In this document: positions 47,299 to 55,642 of the stretch, in pieces | Layout of the letters: each line of letters opens with the position of its first letter | How positions within the stretch are numbered: the stretch's first letter is position 1 | Source of the DNA: Woeseiaceae bacterium | Lineage (GTDB): Bacteria; Pseudomonadota; Gammaproteobacteria; Steroidobacterales; Woeseiaceae | Assembly (NCBI GenBank): GCA_021773095.1 | Contig: JAJFKR010000028.1 | Span: forward strand, 28,905 to 92,904 | Direction: 5' to 3' | DNA length: 64,000 nucleotides | Program-made: the position numbers and the translations under genes | Notes under the pieces: generated by a model | Seen by the model: only the letters and a program-made list of their open reading frames with translations | What the model was told of the DNA's origin: nothing | Database searches by the model: none

Positions 47299-48635
47299 TA
47301 ATGAGAAACCGTCTCGCCTTCAACGTCGAAGGGTTCGACATCGATTGTAACGGCGTTAAGAGTCTCGACCGCGATCGATTGACCGTCCCTGTCGACGTAC
47401 TCGGTTCTGAACGGGAACCGAAAGCCGTCGACCTCGCGAAAGTCACTCTGCTGAATAATCAAAGCGGGTTCACCGTTTTCATCCAGCATGCGTTTTTCTA
47501 TGAGATCGCCGCTGTGACTATCCACATACAGGTACCAGACCGGTCCGCTGTTTTGTCTGAGCTCAAGTCGCCAGGCAAGGATGTCGTCGAATTTACGCAT
47601 GCCGGACATGGACACTTCGTGCCCTTTTCCAGGCCACTCGACTATCATGCCGTCGAACTCGAAGCTTGCAAGCAGCTGTTTTTCCATTGCCGCCGGGATG
47701 CCCCGATCAACGTTCGAATCAACGAAGACCCCACCATCGGACAGCCCCGCTGTCGAGACCTGCCCGTCGATGTTCAGCTCGCGGTGAATGCCGTTCGGCC
47801 GGGTGCTAACGATATTCAAACCGAAGCGCTGATCGCCCGACTCGAGATGTCCTGTGGCAACGACATTTCGAATGCGTTTCAGGTTCTTGTAGCCGCCGCG
47901 CAGCATGATGTGCTGGCGAACCGCAACGTTTCGCGGTTGGCCGACGACAGATATTTCGGTGCCATCGCCGAGCAGGTTGGCGGTTTCAGGACTTCCCGGT
48001 GCGGTCGCCGAAAGAGTGCTGCCATCAATGGTCTTCACTACGTCCAGTGTTTTCGTTGCGAATCGATCGGCATCCAGAACCCGGTTTTTTGGAAAGCTGC
48101 GAGAGGCCCCGCTGGTCACGCCCAACTGGTGCTCGTAGTAGTCGGGCTTCGGCGGTAAGAGACCCTCCCATACGACGTCCGGTCCGTAAATCGTCCAGAA
48201 ATCCCACACATAGGTATCAACTTCCATCACCTCGCTGAAATGTTGTCCGATGATTCCGCTGTCTTCCCAGTAGTGGTGGATGCGCGGGCCGCTGAGCAAA
48301 GGAATTGTTTCGGCGACGTGTTTTTCTTTAGCGCCCATCGTCGGAACGTGCACGACAAAAGTCACCAGCCGGTCATCATTTTGTTGCTCTGAAAGAAAGG
48401 CGTCATTGAGATCCGCCATGCCACGCAGGCAAATGCCGCAGGTTGGTCCACTCAGAAATAGCAGGCGGACCCGGCCCTGGTTGGCGTTAAACACGTCTTT
48501 GAGAATCTTGAGGTCTTGCTCGACGACCGTGTAGGTTGCCTCCGGTTCGGGGGATTGCGCAGTGGATTCCGGATCTGCGCTGTTGCCACAGGACACTGCA
48601 AACAGGGCAGCAAAAAGTAGATAAAGGTTTTTCAT
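47298..48635 (-). CDS. Lipoprotein with an N-terminal thioredoxin-like CxxC domain and an uncharacterised C-terminal domain
   Basis: GGAGG RBS. MKNLYLLFAALFAVSCGNS (lipobox-like). LLFLSGPTCGICLRGM CxxC motif. ATG 48635 overlaps the MerT-like stop (ATGA). The 543-aa ORF-track version extends over the MerT-like gene. Confidence 0.7.
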   Translation of the reverse strand: MKNLYLLFAALFAVSCGNSADPESTAQSPEPEATYTVVEQDLKILKDVFNANQGRVRLLFLSGPTCGICLRGMADLNDAFLSEQQNDDRLVTFVVHVPTMGAKEKHVAETIPLLSGPRIHHYWEDSGIIGQHFSEVMEVDTYVWDFWTIYGPDVVWEGLLPPKPDYYEHQLGVTSGASRSFPKNRVLDADRFATKTLDVVKTIDGSTLSATAPGSPETANLLGDGTEISVVGQPRNVAVRQHIMLRGGYKNLKRIRNVVATGHLESGDQRFGLNIVSTRPNGIHRELNIDGQVSTAGLSDGGVFVDSNVDRGIPAAMEKQLLASFEFDGMIVEWPGKGHEVSMSGMRKFDDILAWRLELRQNSGPVWYLYVDSHSGDLIEKRMLDENGEPALIIQQSDFREVDGFRFPFRTEYVDRDGQSIAVETLNAVTIDVEPFDVEGETVSH

Positions 48636-49006
48636 TTTCGAAGGGCCTCCGGTGTCGCGTCGACGAGAATCCATTGCAGATCGTCCGCAAAAAAGGCGAC
48701 GATGACAAGAATCGCGGCAACCCACAAACTGATCTTGAGCCAGGTTGATGGCCCGGTTGGACAGGAGCCGTCTTCGCAAACAGGTTGTGGCCGATACACA
48801 CGCCAGAACGCCCATACGAGCATCACCGCCGCGACTCCGACGATGTAGGGTCGAACGGGTGCCCAGCGCGCCATGGTTACAGCACCGGATACACCGAACA
48901 AAACGACGGCCCATGGGCCGATGCAGCAAAGTCCGATGAATGAGGCAAATACGCTGATGCCGACAGCACCGCCGGTCGTGGAAGCAATTTTCCTTTGTTC
49001 GTCCAT
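48632..49006 (-). CDS. merT: MerT-like mercuric/thiophilic-metal transport protein
   Basis: From MDEQRKI: VFASFIGLCCIGPWAVVLFG (vicinal Cys pair in TM1, compare MerT ACCLGP), PVRPYIVGVAAVMLVWAFWRVYR (compare PYRP...AWRRIYR), then a second Cys pair CEDGSC and a third TM. Confidence 0.75.
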   Translation of the reverse strand: MDEQRKIASTTGGAVGISVFASFIGLCCIGPWAVVLFGVSGAVTMARWAPVRPYIVGVAAVMLVWAFWRVYRPQPVCEDGSCPTGPSTWLKISLWVAAILVIVAFFADDLQWILVDATPEALRK

Positions 49007-49007
49007 A

Positions 49008-49232
49008 TCAGCAGCAACCTTCGCCCAGTTGAATCGGCGGACATTTGACTGAACCGTATGAGCAGTAGACACAACAGTCGCCCGGTAAGGGGCGGAGCAA
49101 GTCACCGCAACCCTGGCAGTCATAGAAAAACTGGCAGGAGTCGGTTGGCATGGACTCCGTTTTCTGGTGGCCGCAGTTAGGACACGTGATAAGCGATTGC
49201 AGTGCTACCGCCGGTTTTGATGCGCTGGTCAT
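49008..49232 (-). CDS. GDCCVxC-domain Cys-rich small protein
   Basis: From MTSASKP: 74 aa with 11 Cys, including CPNCGH, CQFFYDCQGCG, GDCCVYCSYG and C-terminal GCC. First gene downstream of the MerR-type promoter. Confidence 0.7.
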   Translation of the reverse strand: MTSASKPAVALQSLITCPNCGHQKTESMPTDSCQFFYDCQGCGDLLRPLPGDCCVYCSYGSVKCPPIQLGEGCC

Positions 49233-49267
49233 TGCCCGAAGTTCTCGATTACGGTCGTGGAAAACTG

Positions 49268-49300
49268 CTAGACTAATGCCTGTAGTAACTACAAGGTCAA
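49268..49300 (-). promoter_or_regulatory. MerR-type promoter/operator: -35 TTGACC, 19-bp spacer containing a dyad, -10 TAGTCT
   Basis: The minus strand reads TTGACC-TTGTAGTTACTACAGGCAT-TAGTCT. The dyad CCTTGTAGT/ACTACAGG matches 7 of 8 (plus strand 49279-49296). It lies between the divergent MerR (ATG 49306) and GDCCVxC (ATG 49232) genes. Confidence 0.7.
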
Positions 49301-49305
49301 GTACT

Positions 49306-49692
49306 ATGCGAATCGGGCAACTGGCTGATACCTGCAACTGCTCGGCGGAGACCATTCGGTATTACGAAAAAATCGGCTTACTGCCGCCCGCCATACGACA
49401 AGACAACGGCTATCGGCATTACGAATCGTCGCACCAGAAGTGGCTCAGTTTCATTCTTCGAAGCAAGGCGCTTGGATTCAGCCAAAAAGAAGTGCGCCGC
49501 CTGACCGACCTCGCGAATGCACCAACATCATCCTGTCAGGACGTTCATGCACTAATCGTGGAGCATATAAGCGACGTGCGGTCCCGCGTCAGAGATCTAA
49601 AAAAGATGCAGCAATCTTTACGGCGCCTTGAAGAAAAATGCAACGATGAAACGCTTCATGACTGCCCGGTTATCGACGAGCTCATGCGCTGA
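49306..49692 (+). CDS. MerR-family heavy-metal-responsive transcriptional regulator
   Basis: MRIGQLADTCNCSAETIRYYEKIGLLPP HTH. Cys77, Cys112 and Cys120 (plus His118) have the spacing seen in Hg/Cd/Pb/Zn-sensing MerR proteins. The longer ORF from 49150 overlaps the divergent gene. Confidence 0.85.
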   Translation: MRIGQLADTCNCSAETIRYYEKIGLLPPAIRQDNGYRHYESSHQKWLSFILRSKALGFSQKEVRRLTDLANAPTSSCQDVHALIVEHISDVRSRVRDLKKMQQSLRRLEEKCNDETLHDCPVIDELMR

Positions 49693-49820
49693 GCGGTGGC
49701 TATCTGCCGATGAGCGGCTGAAAACCGACAAACGGTGCAATTTGCCCGACGGGCGATAGAACGTCCTGTGCGATACCGGGTCAAAATACCTGTGTACAAG
49801 CGATATCACAGGGCAAGATC

Positions 49821-50030
49821 ATGAATTCACATAATACGAGAACAGAGTTGTTCGAGAGGGACGAGACCTCTCGCGACGCGGCTAATGAGGAAGACGTTCG
49901 AGTACTCAATACCAGCCTGGTTGAAGCGGCTGAGCTGTCGATATCAGAAGACTGTGACCCGGGCGGCGATCCTTACAACAGCACCGGCCAACACGTTATC
50001 ATCAAGTCGAAAATCGACCCGCAAGACTAG
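49821..50030 (+). CDS. Small acidic hypothetical protein (69 aa)
   Basis: Intact ORF in an otherwise empty 330-bp gap. Contains a GGDPYNSTG motif that I recall from small conserved proteobacterial proteins. No RBS was checked. Confidence 0.35.
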   Translation: MNSHNTRTELFERDETSRDAANEEDVRVLNTSLVEAAELSISEDCDPGGDPYNSTGQHVIIKSKIDPQD

Positions 50031-50923
50031 GGCTTACGTTCGTAGCGGCCGTCCCAAACAGACTGCCAGGTTTCGCCACCGTCGGTCGACGTTTCCCAGA
50101 ACTGGCGAACACCATCTTCGCCGATTACGGTGAACTCAAATTTGTGCTGCGTCAAACTGCCATCCGCCGGGTTGACTGTCTCCGCTGTAAAGAAAATACC
50201 GCCATCGCGTGCCACGCCTGTAAACTCAATAAACGAACCACTGTCACCGATCCAGATCTGCCGCCAGTGATCGTGGCCCGGATCGTAGTAATTAAAGCTT
50301 TTGCCAAAGTTACCGTTGGCACTTTCCCATTGTTCGAAGACGGTGCAGTGGCCGAGTATGGGCTGGACACTACTGGTGCCGGCAACGTTTCCATTTTGCT
50401 TAACAACCCATTCTCCAACCCAGAAATCGAACGCATGGTGGCGCTCATCGGCCGCACACGGAAACCGTGCATCGCGAATCGACTCGAGCGCAACGGCGAA
50501 GCGTGGCTGATTGCGGATGCTGTCGTAGTCGGACTCGTCCTCGACAAGGTTAAGTCGCCCGAAACCGCTTTCAGCCATCACTTCCAGTTGTTGCAAGGCG
50601 TCGTCACCGCGACCACTGCGTGCATACAGTCGCGACAGCCGGTAGGCGACACGTGAAAGCTGGAACTTGAGGTCGCGAGCGCGTTCGAAGTGCTGCAGTG
50701 CATCGAACATATCGCCATCGTTATCCATCATAAGAACCGCGATCCGAAAATGCGTCGCGCCGTCTTCAGGTGCCAGTTCAAGCACTTGGCCTAACTTGCC
50801 TATGGCTATGTCGACTTCGCCGGCCGCTGCGGCAATGTTTGCCTCGCTTTTGAGGCTGTCGAGATCGGCCCGGACGGGTGCGGTCAAAACGGTCAGCATC
50901 AGCATTAAAATCAGTGCGCGCAT
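50027..50923 (-). CDS. Secreted protein with an N-terminal TPR-like region and a C-terminal uncharacterised beta domain
   Basis: Signal peptide MRALILMLMLTVLTAPVRA. Helical repeats (ALQHFERARDL..., LSRLYARSGRGDDALQQLE). The C-terminal FDFWVGEWVV...GHCTVFEQW...HWRQIWIGDSG...GGETWQSVWDGRYERK is a recurring domain of unknown function. Confidence 0.65.
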   Translation of the reverse strand: MRALILMLMLTVLTAPVRADLDSLKSEANIAAAAGEVDIAIGKLGQVLELAPEDGATHFRIAVLMMDNDGDMFDALQHFERARDLKFQLSRVAYRLSRLYARSGRGDDALQQLEVMAESGFGRLNLVEDESDYDSIRNQPRFAVALESIRDARFPCAADERHHAFDFWVGEWVVKQNGNVAGTSSVQPILGHCTVFEQWESANGNFGKSFNYYDPGHDHWRQIWIGDSGSFIEFTGVARDGGIFFTAETVNPADGSLTQHKFEFTVIGEDGVRQFWETSTDGGETWQSVWDGRYERKP

Positions 50924-51019
50924 AGGTCAGCCTTTCATGTAGGGTGACCCGGTATTCTCGTTTATGCTGTTGTGGCGCCGCTTGCACAGAATTGCTCGAT
51001 TTGGAGAGGTTGTGTAGAT

Positions 51020-51892
51020 ATGTCGTGGAACCATGATCACCTGGCTCCGGTAGAGGCGTTGCTCTATCGCAGTGCGCTCGTAAAAGTTGGCACTTTTGTA
51101 TGCGATGTTGAGCATCCATGCTTTTCCCTCTCCGAACCGTTGGACAACGACGTCTTTGTGTTGCCAAGAAAGCCGCTCTGGATTCGACGTAATGAGGGCG
51201 AGTATCACTTTGTGGGGCCGGGTTCTATTCTGATGCATCGTGCCGGATCTACACTCGAGCGACGGCGAGTCTCGAATAGCGGTGAGCGCACGTACTGGTT
51301 CGGCGTGCACCCCGATGTGTTTGTCGACGCACTGCAGCGCCACGACCTGTCAACTGAGAAAATGGGCGGCGCTTTGATTGCTGATCCGCGCCTTCGCTAC
51401 CGGCTGGCATTATTCCTGAAGCACATAGAACGTCACTCTCCGGACCGACTGGCGGTTGAGGAAGAGGTACTCACGTTGTTTTTTGAGATATGCGAAAGGC
51501 GCGCCAATCAGGTGAATCGATCATCCGTGGCGCGGCTGGGTACAGCGGCGCGGCAACGCCGTCTCGTCGGTCAGGCGCGGGCTTATCTCGACGCGCATTT
51601 ATCGGAGTCCATAGGGCTGGAAACAGTAGCGACGGAAGCCGGCACGTCGCTATACCATTTGTGCCGGGTATTTCGTGAACAGACGGGTCTTACGATGCAT
51701 GCTTACCGCACACGCCAGCGCCTCGGCTACGTTCTCGATCAATTGGTGGATGGACAAGGCGCTAATCTCACAGAACTCGCACTCGATACAGGATTCGCTA
51801 GTCACAGTCATTTGAGCCGTGTTTTTCAAAAGCAAATGGGAGTACCACCCTCGACGATAAGAGCAACTCAAATGTCACGGTATGGGGGATAA
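51020..51892 (+). CDS. AraC-family transcriptional regulator
   Basis: C-terminal dual HTH: LETVATEAGTSLYHLCRVFREQTGLTMHAYRTRQRL...LTELALDTGFASHSHLSRVFQKQMGVPPSTIR. ATG 51020 has GGAGAGG upstream. The longest ORF starts at GTG 50972. Confidence 0.8.
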   Translation: MSWNHDHLAPVEALLYRSALVKVGTFVCDVEHPCFSLSEPLDNDVFVLPRKPLWIRRNEGEYHFVGPGSILMHRAGSTLERRRVSNSGERTYWFGVHPDVFVDALQRHDLSTEKMGGALIADPRLRYRLALFLKHIERHSPDRLAVEEEVLTLFFEICERRANQVNRSSVARLGTAARQRRLVGQARAYLDAHLSESIGLETVATEAGTSLYHLCRVFREQTGLTMHAYRTRQRLGYVLDQLVDGQGANLTELALDTGFASHSHLSRVFQKQMGVPPSTIRATQMSRYGG

Positions 51893-53572
51893 ACGTAAAC
51901 CGCCGACATCGACGTCCGTAAAACGTGGTGCAAGGATCTGAATCTCACCGTGCTGAAGGCGCTCCGCAATATTATCAACAGCGCTTCTCGGGGCAATCTG
52001 GAGATAACCGCTCTGCCACTCATCGGCGTCGAGATAATAAAACTGGGAGAAACCCAGGCCGTACTCATTGGATGAAACCAGCAGATACTCGTCCTGTCCG
52101 TCTTCGTTCATATCGATCTGAAACAAAACAGCCCTTACCCCTGCCTGATGGGGTTGCCTGGCGACCTGTTCTATCATCGCTCGCAGTTTCCCCGGAACTT
52201 CAAAAGCACTCGGCCGGTAAGCAAGCTCCCCCCAGAACGTCGATGCATCAACCAGTGCGATTCCTCTCGCGTGTCGCGTCGGCGAGCTTACAAGCTGTAG
52301 CAGTTGCGCATCACTCTCCCCAATATCGTCCTTAATCTTCTCCATCGCGAGATAGCCAGGACGCGCAAGATGATTGCGCGTGTACCAAAAATCGAATTCA
52401 CGCAGCTCGATCTCGCCGGACCCCACTCTGCCTAACTGGCTCGCAATAGAGATTTTTCGAAAATCCAGCAGCGGGCTGTTGATCAGGAGCATTAGTACGA
52501 GAACAACAATACCCATCGCCGTATTGACTTGCGCAAGTCCGTGGGTCCAGTCATCGCGGCGCCGAATAATACCGACTACATAGCCAACCGCAAATAACGA
52601 AAAAGTCAGCCAGACGACGAATGCCCAGCATCTTTCAATCGTCCAGCCGTATTGCAAGAGTCTCAGCGTCAGCCCATAAAAACTTAGCGCGGATATTATT
52701 GGCAACACACAAAGACCAGCATAGATCAACCGGTGGACGAGCAATGGATAGGGACTGGATTCACGGCCATCCTGATAGACGGCGTTGGTGAAAAACAAAG
52801 TAATCGCCAGCAAGCCCAACAACAGGGCCGTGCCTCGGCCAGTCGACCAAAGCGCATCGAGGCCGACGATTGGCAGGGTGGCGATGAATATGACGGCAAT
52901 ACCAACAACAAGCGGCAGTAACAACTTGAAGAGCCAGTGGAGCAAGCGGGTGATGTTGTCGATGACCTTTGTCAGGTCGCGAAATATTGTGACACCGACA
53001 CCGAAAGCGACACTCAAAACCGGAAATAAAAACCAGTCTTTTCGAAACAGCGTCCAGAAAAAATCGACGTCGATAACCTGAAATAGCTGCCCCCATGACA
53101 TCAGAATCAGCCAAAAAACCAAAACGAACAGCGCAGACAGAGCGGCTACCAGAAAATTACGCCAGGAGTTTGTAAACAATATTTGGTAACTGAGCGCTAC
53201 GCCGCTTGCTCGTTGCTGCATATACATCAGCGCTTTGAAACACGCGAGTCCTGTTCCAAGAGCGAAAACGATCGACATATTAGCGATCGGAAATGCGCCG
53301 TAGGGCTCCGCCTGGTATCCGGTGTAGACCGCCAGCAATGCCAGCAAGGATCCGAACGCCGCAACATGGATTACCATGCTCCTGACATTTTCCCTGCCCA
53401 TCGACAACAGCAGTAACACCGGTACCGCCAGCACCAGAGTCCACAAAGGGTAGGACCAAAGCGGTGATTCACTCGGCCAGGATCCGGCTTCGGCGGCGTG
53501 GTAAAGACCGTACAGGAAGAGTCCCTGCACGAACGAGATGATGAGCATCGGAAGCTTCTGTATTTCTTGCAT
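51875..53572 (-). CDS. Large polytopic membrane protein (DUF4153-like)
   Basis: 565 aa with about 10 or more hydrophobic segments, followed by a soluble C-terminal ~190 aa. The N-terminus LIISFVQGLFLYGLY... resembles DUF4153 proteins. The family call is from memory. Confidence 0.6.
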   Translation of the reverse strand: MQEIQKLPMLIISFVQGLFLYGLYHAAEAGSWPSESPLWSYPLWTLVLAVPVLLLLSMGRENVRSMVIHVAAFGSLLALLAVYTGYQAEPYGAFPIANMSIVFALGTGLACFKALMYMQQRASGVALSYQILFTNSWRNFLVAALSALFVLVFWLILMSWGQLFQVIDVDFFWTLFRKDWFLFPVLSVAFGVGVTIFRDLTKVIDNITRLLHWLFKLLLPLVVGIAVIFIATLPIVGLDALWSTGRGTALLLGLLAITLFFTNAVYQDGRESSPYPLLVHRLIYAGLCVLPIISALSFYGLTLRLLQYGWTIERCWAFVVWLTFSLFAVGYVVGIIRRRDDWTHGLAQVNTAMGIVVLVLMLLINSPLLDFRKISIASQLGRVGSGEIELREFDFWYTRNHLARPGYLAMEKIKDDIGESDAQLLQLVSSPTRHARGIALVDASTFWGELAYRPSAFEVPGKLRAMIEQVARQPHQAGVRAVLFQIDMNEDGQDEYLLVSSNEYGLGFSQFYYLDADEWQSGYLQIAPRSAVDNIAERLQHGEIQILAPRFTDVDVGGLRLSPIP

Positions 53573-53694
53573 TGGCGACTCCGTCTGAAGTCAAAAATAT
53601 AGCAAAATAATGTGGCGACGGTGTGGCAGGTGCGACGAATTAAACATCTCGAGCATCATTAGGGCTGGAACCGTTAATTTTGGGGAAGAGAACA

Positions 53695-54276
53695 ATGAAT
53701 TTTAAGCAACTTGCAGTACTCGTGGTGATCGGTTTGTTCGCGACGACCGTGTGGTCTGGCGAGGAAAAGCACCACAAGGTGGAAATCAAAGTTATATCGG
53801 ATGGCGGTGACGGTGAAACTCACCTGGTTCTCGATAGTGAGGACCTGGGCTTCAATCTGCATGACATGCAGGTTGGTGAGAACCAGTCGGTCGTTGACAA
53901 GGATGGACGTGCTGTCCTGGTAACCCGAAACGAAGCGGGTTTCACGTTCGAAGTTGACGGCAAGACGGTCGATATGCCGGCTCTGGACGGTAGTCATGAG
54001 AAAAACGTCTGGATCAGCAAGAGCGATGGCGCACCGGATGTCGATATAGAAATCCGTTCTTTGGCGGGCGGCATGGGCAAGCACCACGGCATGGCCGTGT
54101 TTGACGAGGAAGGCGTGATGATTATCAGTGGCAAGGAAATTGATGAGGCAACTCAGCAAGTTATCCGTACCGCACTTGAGTCCGCAGGCCATGAAAGCGT
54201 ACATTTTTCCGGTGGTCATGACGGTGGACGGCACCGGGTTCACGTTGTCAAAAAGGTGGTTGAAGTAACTCCGTAA
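53695..54276 (+). CDS. Secreted His/Asp/Gly-rich hypothetical protein
   Basis: GGGGAAGAG RBS and signal peptide MNFKQLAVLVVIGLFATTVWSG. His clusters (EEKHHK, GKHHGM, GGHDGGRHRVHV). Followed by two hairpins, the second a good terminator. Confidence 0.65.
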   Translation: MNFKQLAVLVVIGLFATTVWSGEEKHHKVEIKVISDGGDGETHLVLDSEDLGFNLHDMQVGENQSVVDKDGRAVLVTRNEAGFTFEVDGKTVDMPALDGSHEKNVWISKSDGAPDVDIEIRSLAGGMGKHHGMAVFDEEGVMIISGKEIDEATQQVIRTALESAGHESVHFSGGHDGGRHRVHVVKKVVEVTP

Positions 54277-54321
54277 GTATTTGCGGGGCACGACCCCGCA
54301 TAAGCCACCTTGCGTAGGAAA

Positions 54322-54349
54322 GGCTCTCAGTTTGAGGGCCTTTTTTGTT
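54322..54349 (+). terminator. Rho-independent terminator
   Basis: GGCTCTCA-GTT-TGAGGGCC (8-bp stem with one G-U pair) followed by TTTTTTGTT. Confidence 0.75.
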
Positions 54350-54411
54350 CATATCCACGGGCTTTTGGTTGATACTAGGCGCCGGAGACAGAAGCGGACC
54401 CGGAGCTGACA

Positions 54412-55629
54412 ATGGATTTTGAGTTTTCCCCTAAGGTACAGGATCTACAGGAGCGATTGCTTTCCTTCATGGATCAATACGTGTACCCGAACGAAGTGCT
54501 GTACGCGCAACAGCTAGGTGCCGGCGATCGGTGGGAGCCGCCGGCAATAATGGATGAGCTGAAATCAAAGGCCCAAAAGGCGGGCCTTTGGAACCTGTTC
54601 TTGCCGAAAAGCTACGGCGAATTTAGCCCGGGCCTGACGACGCTGGAATACGCACCACTCGCCGAAATCATGGGACGGGTTCTGTGGGCGTCAGAGGTGT
54701 TCAATTGCAGTGCCCCGGATACCGGCAATATGGAAGTGCTCGCACGCTATGGAAACACCGCGCAACAAGAAGAGTGGTTGTCGCCGTTATTGCAAGGCGA
54801 GATTCGTTCGGCGTTCGCGATGACAGAACCTGAGGTGGCATCATCGGATGCAACGAATGTACAGACCTCGATCACGCGAGACGGTGATGAATACGTGATT
54901 AATGGTCGCAAGTGGTACATCAGCGGAGCCTGCAATAGTCGCGCAAAGATAATGATCGTTATGGGCAAAACCGACCCGGATGGCGAGAATCGTTATCGAC
55001 AACAATCGATGATTCTGTGCCCTCTGGATGCGGCCGGCGTGACAGTAGTTCGTCCTATGAAGGTCTATGGCTTTGACGATGCGCCAGAGGGTCATGCCGA
55101 AGTCACTTTCGACGATGTCCGGGTGCCTGTTACCAATCTTTTGCGTGACGAAGGCAGTGGCTTTGAAATCGCACAAGGGCGCCTGGGTCCAGGGCGAATT
55201 CATCACTGCATGCGGCTGATCGGCCTGGCGCAGCGGGCCCTCGAGGCGATGTGCGTACGAGCCGAAACCCGGGTCGCATTTGGCAGGCCACTCAGCAAAC
55301 AGCAGTCTGTGCGCGAAGATATCGCACGTTCGGCTTGCGAGATTGAGCAGGCGCGTCTGTTGACGCTCAAGGCCGCTTCCAGAATGGATGAAGGTGGTAA
55401 CAAGGCCGCGAAGGACCTGATCGCAATGATCAAAATTGTCGCGCCAAACATGGCGTGCACTGTGATTGACAGGGCTATCCAGATTCACGGCGCTGCCGGT
55501 GTAAGTCAGGACTTTTTTCTCGCGCATGCCTATGCAGGTGCGCGTGCTATAAGACTGGCCGATGGGCCGGATCAGGTACACATGATGCAGCTTGGGCGCA
55601 ACCTCGCCGCAGCCTCAACAAGTCTCTGA
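54412..55629 (+). CDS. Acyl-CoA dehydrogenase family protein (ACAD10/11 C-terminal-like)
   Basis: [74 protein letters not shown]. Confidence 0.88.
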   Translation: MDFEFSPKVQDLQERLLSFMDQYVYPNEVLYAQQLGAGDRWEPPAIMDELKSKAQKAGLWNLFLPKSYGEFSPGLTTLEYAPLAEIMGRVLWASEVFNCSAPDTGNMEVLARYGNTAQQEEWLSPLLQGEIRSAFAMTEPEVASSDATNVQTSITRDGDEYVINGRKWYISGACNSRAKIMIVMGKTDPDGENRYRQQSMILCPLDAAGVTVVRPMKVYGFDDAPEGHAEVTFDDVRVPVTNLLRDEGSGFEIAQGRLGPGRIHHCMRLIGLAQRALEAMCVRAETRVAFGRPLSKQQSVREDIARSACEIEQARLLTLKAASRMDEGGNKAAKDLIAMIKIVAPNMACTVIDRAIQIHGAAGVSQDFFLAHAYAGARAIRLADGPDQVHMMQLGRNLAAASTSL

Positions 55630-55642
55630 GCGGGCAGCAAGG

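Noticed and set aside
47301-48158. 285-aa plus-strand ORF antisense to the lipoprotein gene, and similar long antisense ORFs (1301-1948, 2721-3251, 4160-4720, 17601-18314, 23246-23893, 24944-25399, 26176-26685, 37124-37789, 54841-55581)
   Set aside because: All lie inside CDSs with clear family motifs on the other strand. Their translations are Arg/Ser/Pro-rich low-complexity sequences typical of shadow frames in a moderately GC-rich genome.
47298-48929. 543-aa ORF and the 163-aa (48632-49123) and 115-aa (49008-49355) long versions in the mer-like operon
   Set aside because: Each long version overlaps the upstream gene. Internal starts give a lipobox/RBS, a MerT-length protein and a GDCCVxC-length protein respectively, and they produce tidy ATGA/TAGTG couplings. 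I kept the short versions.
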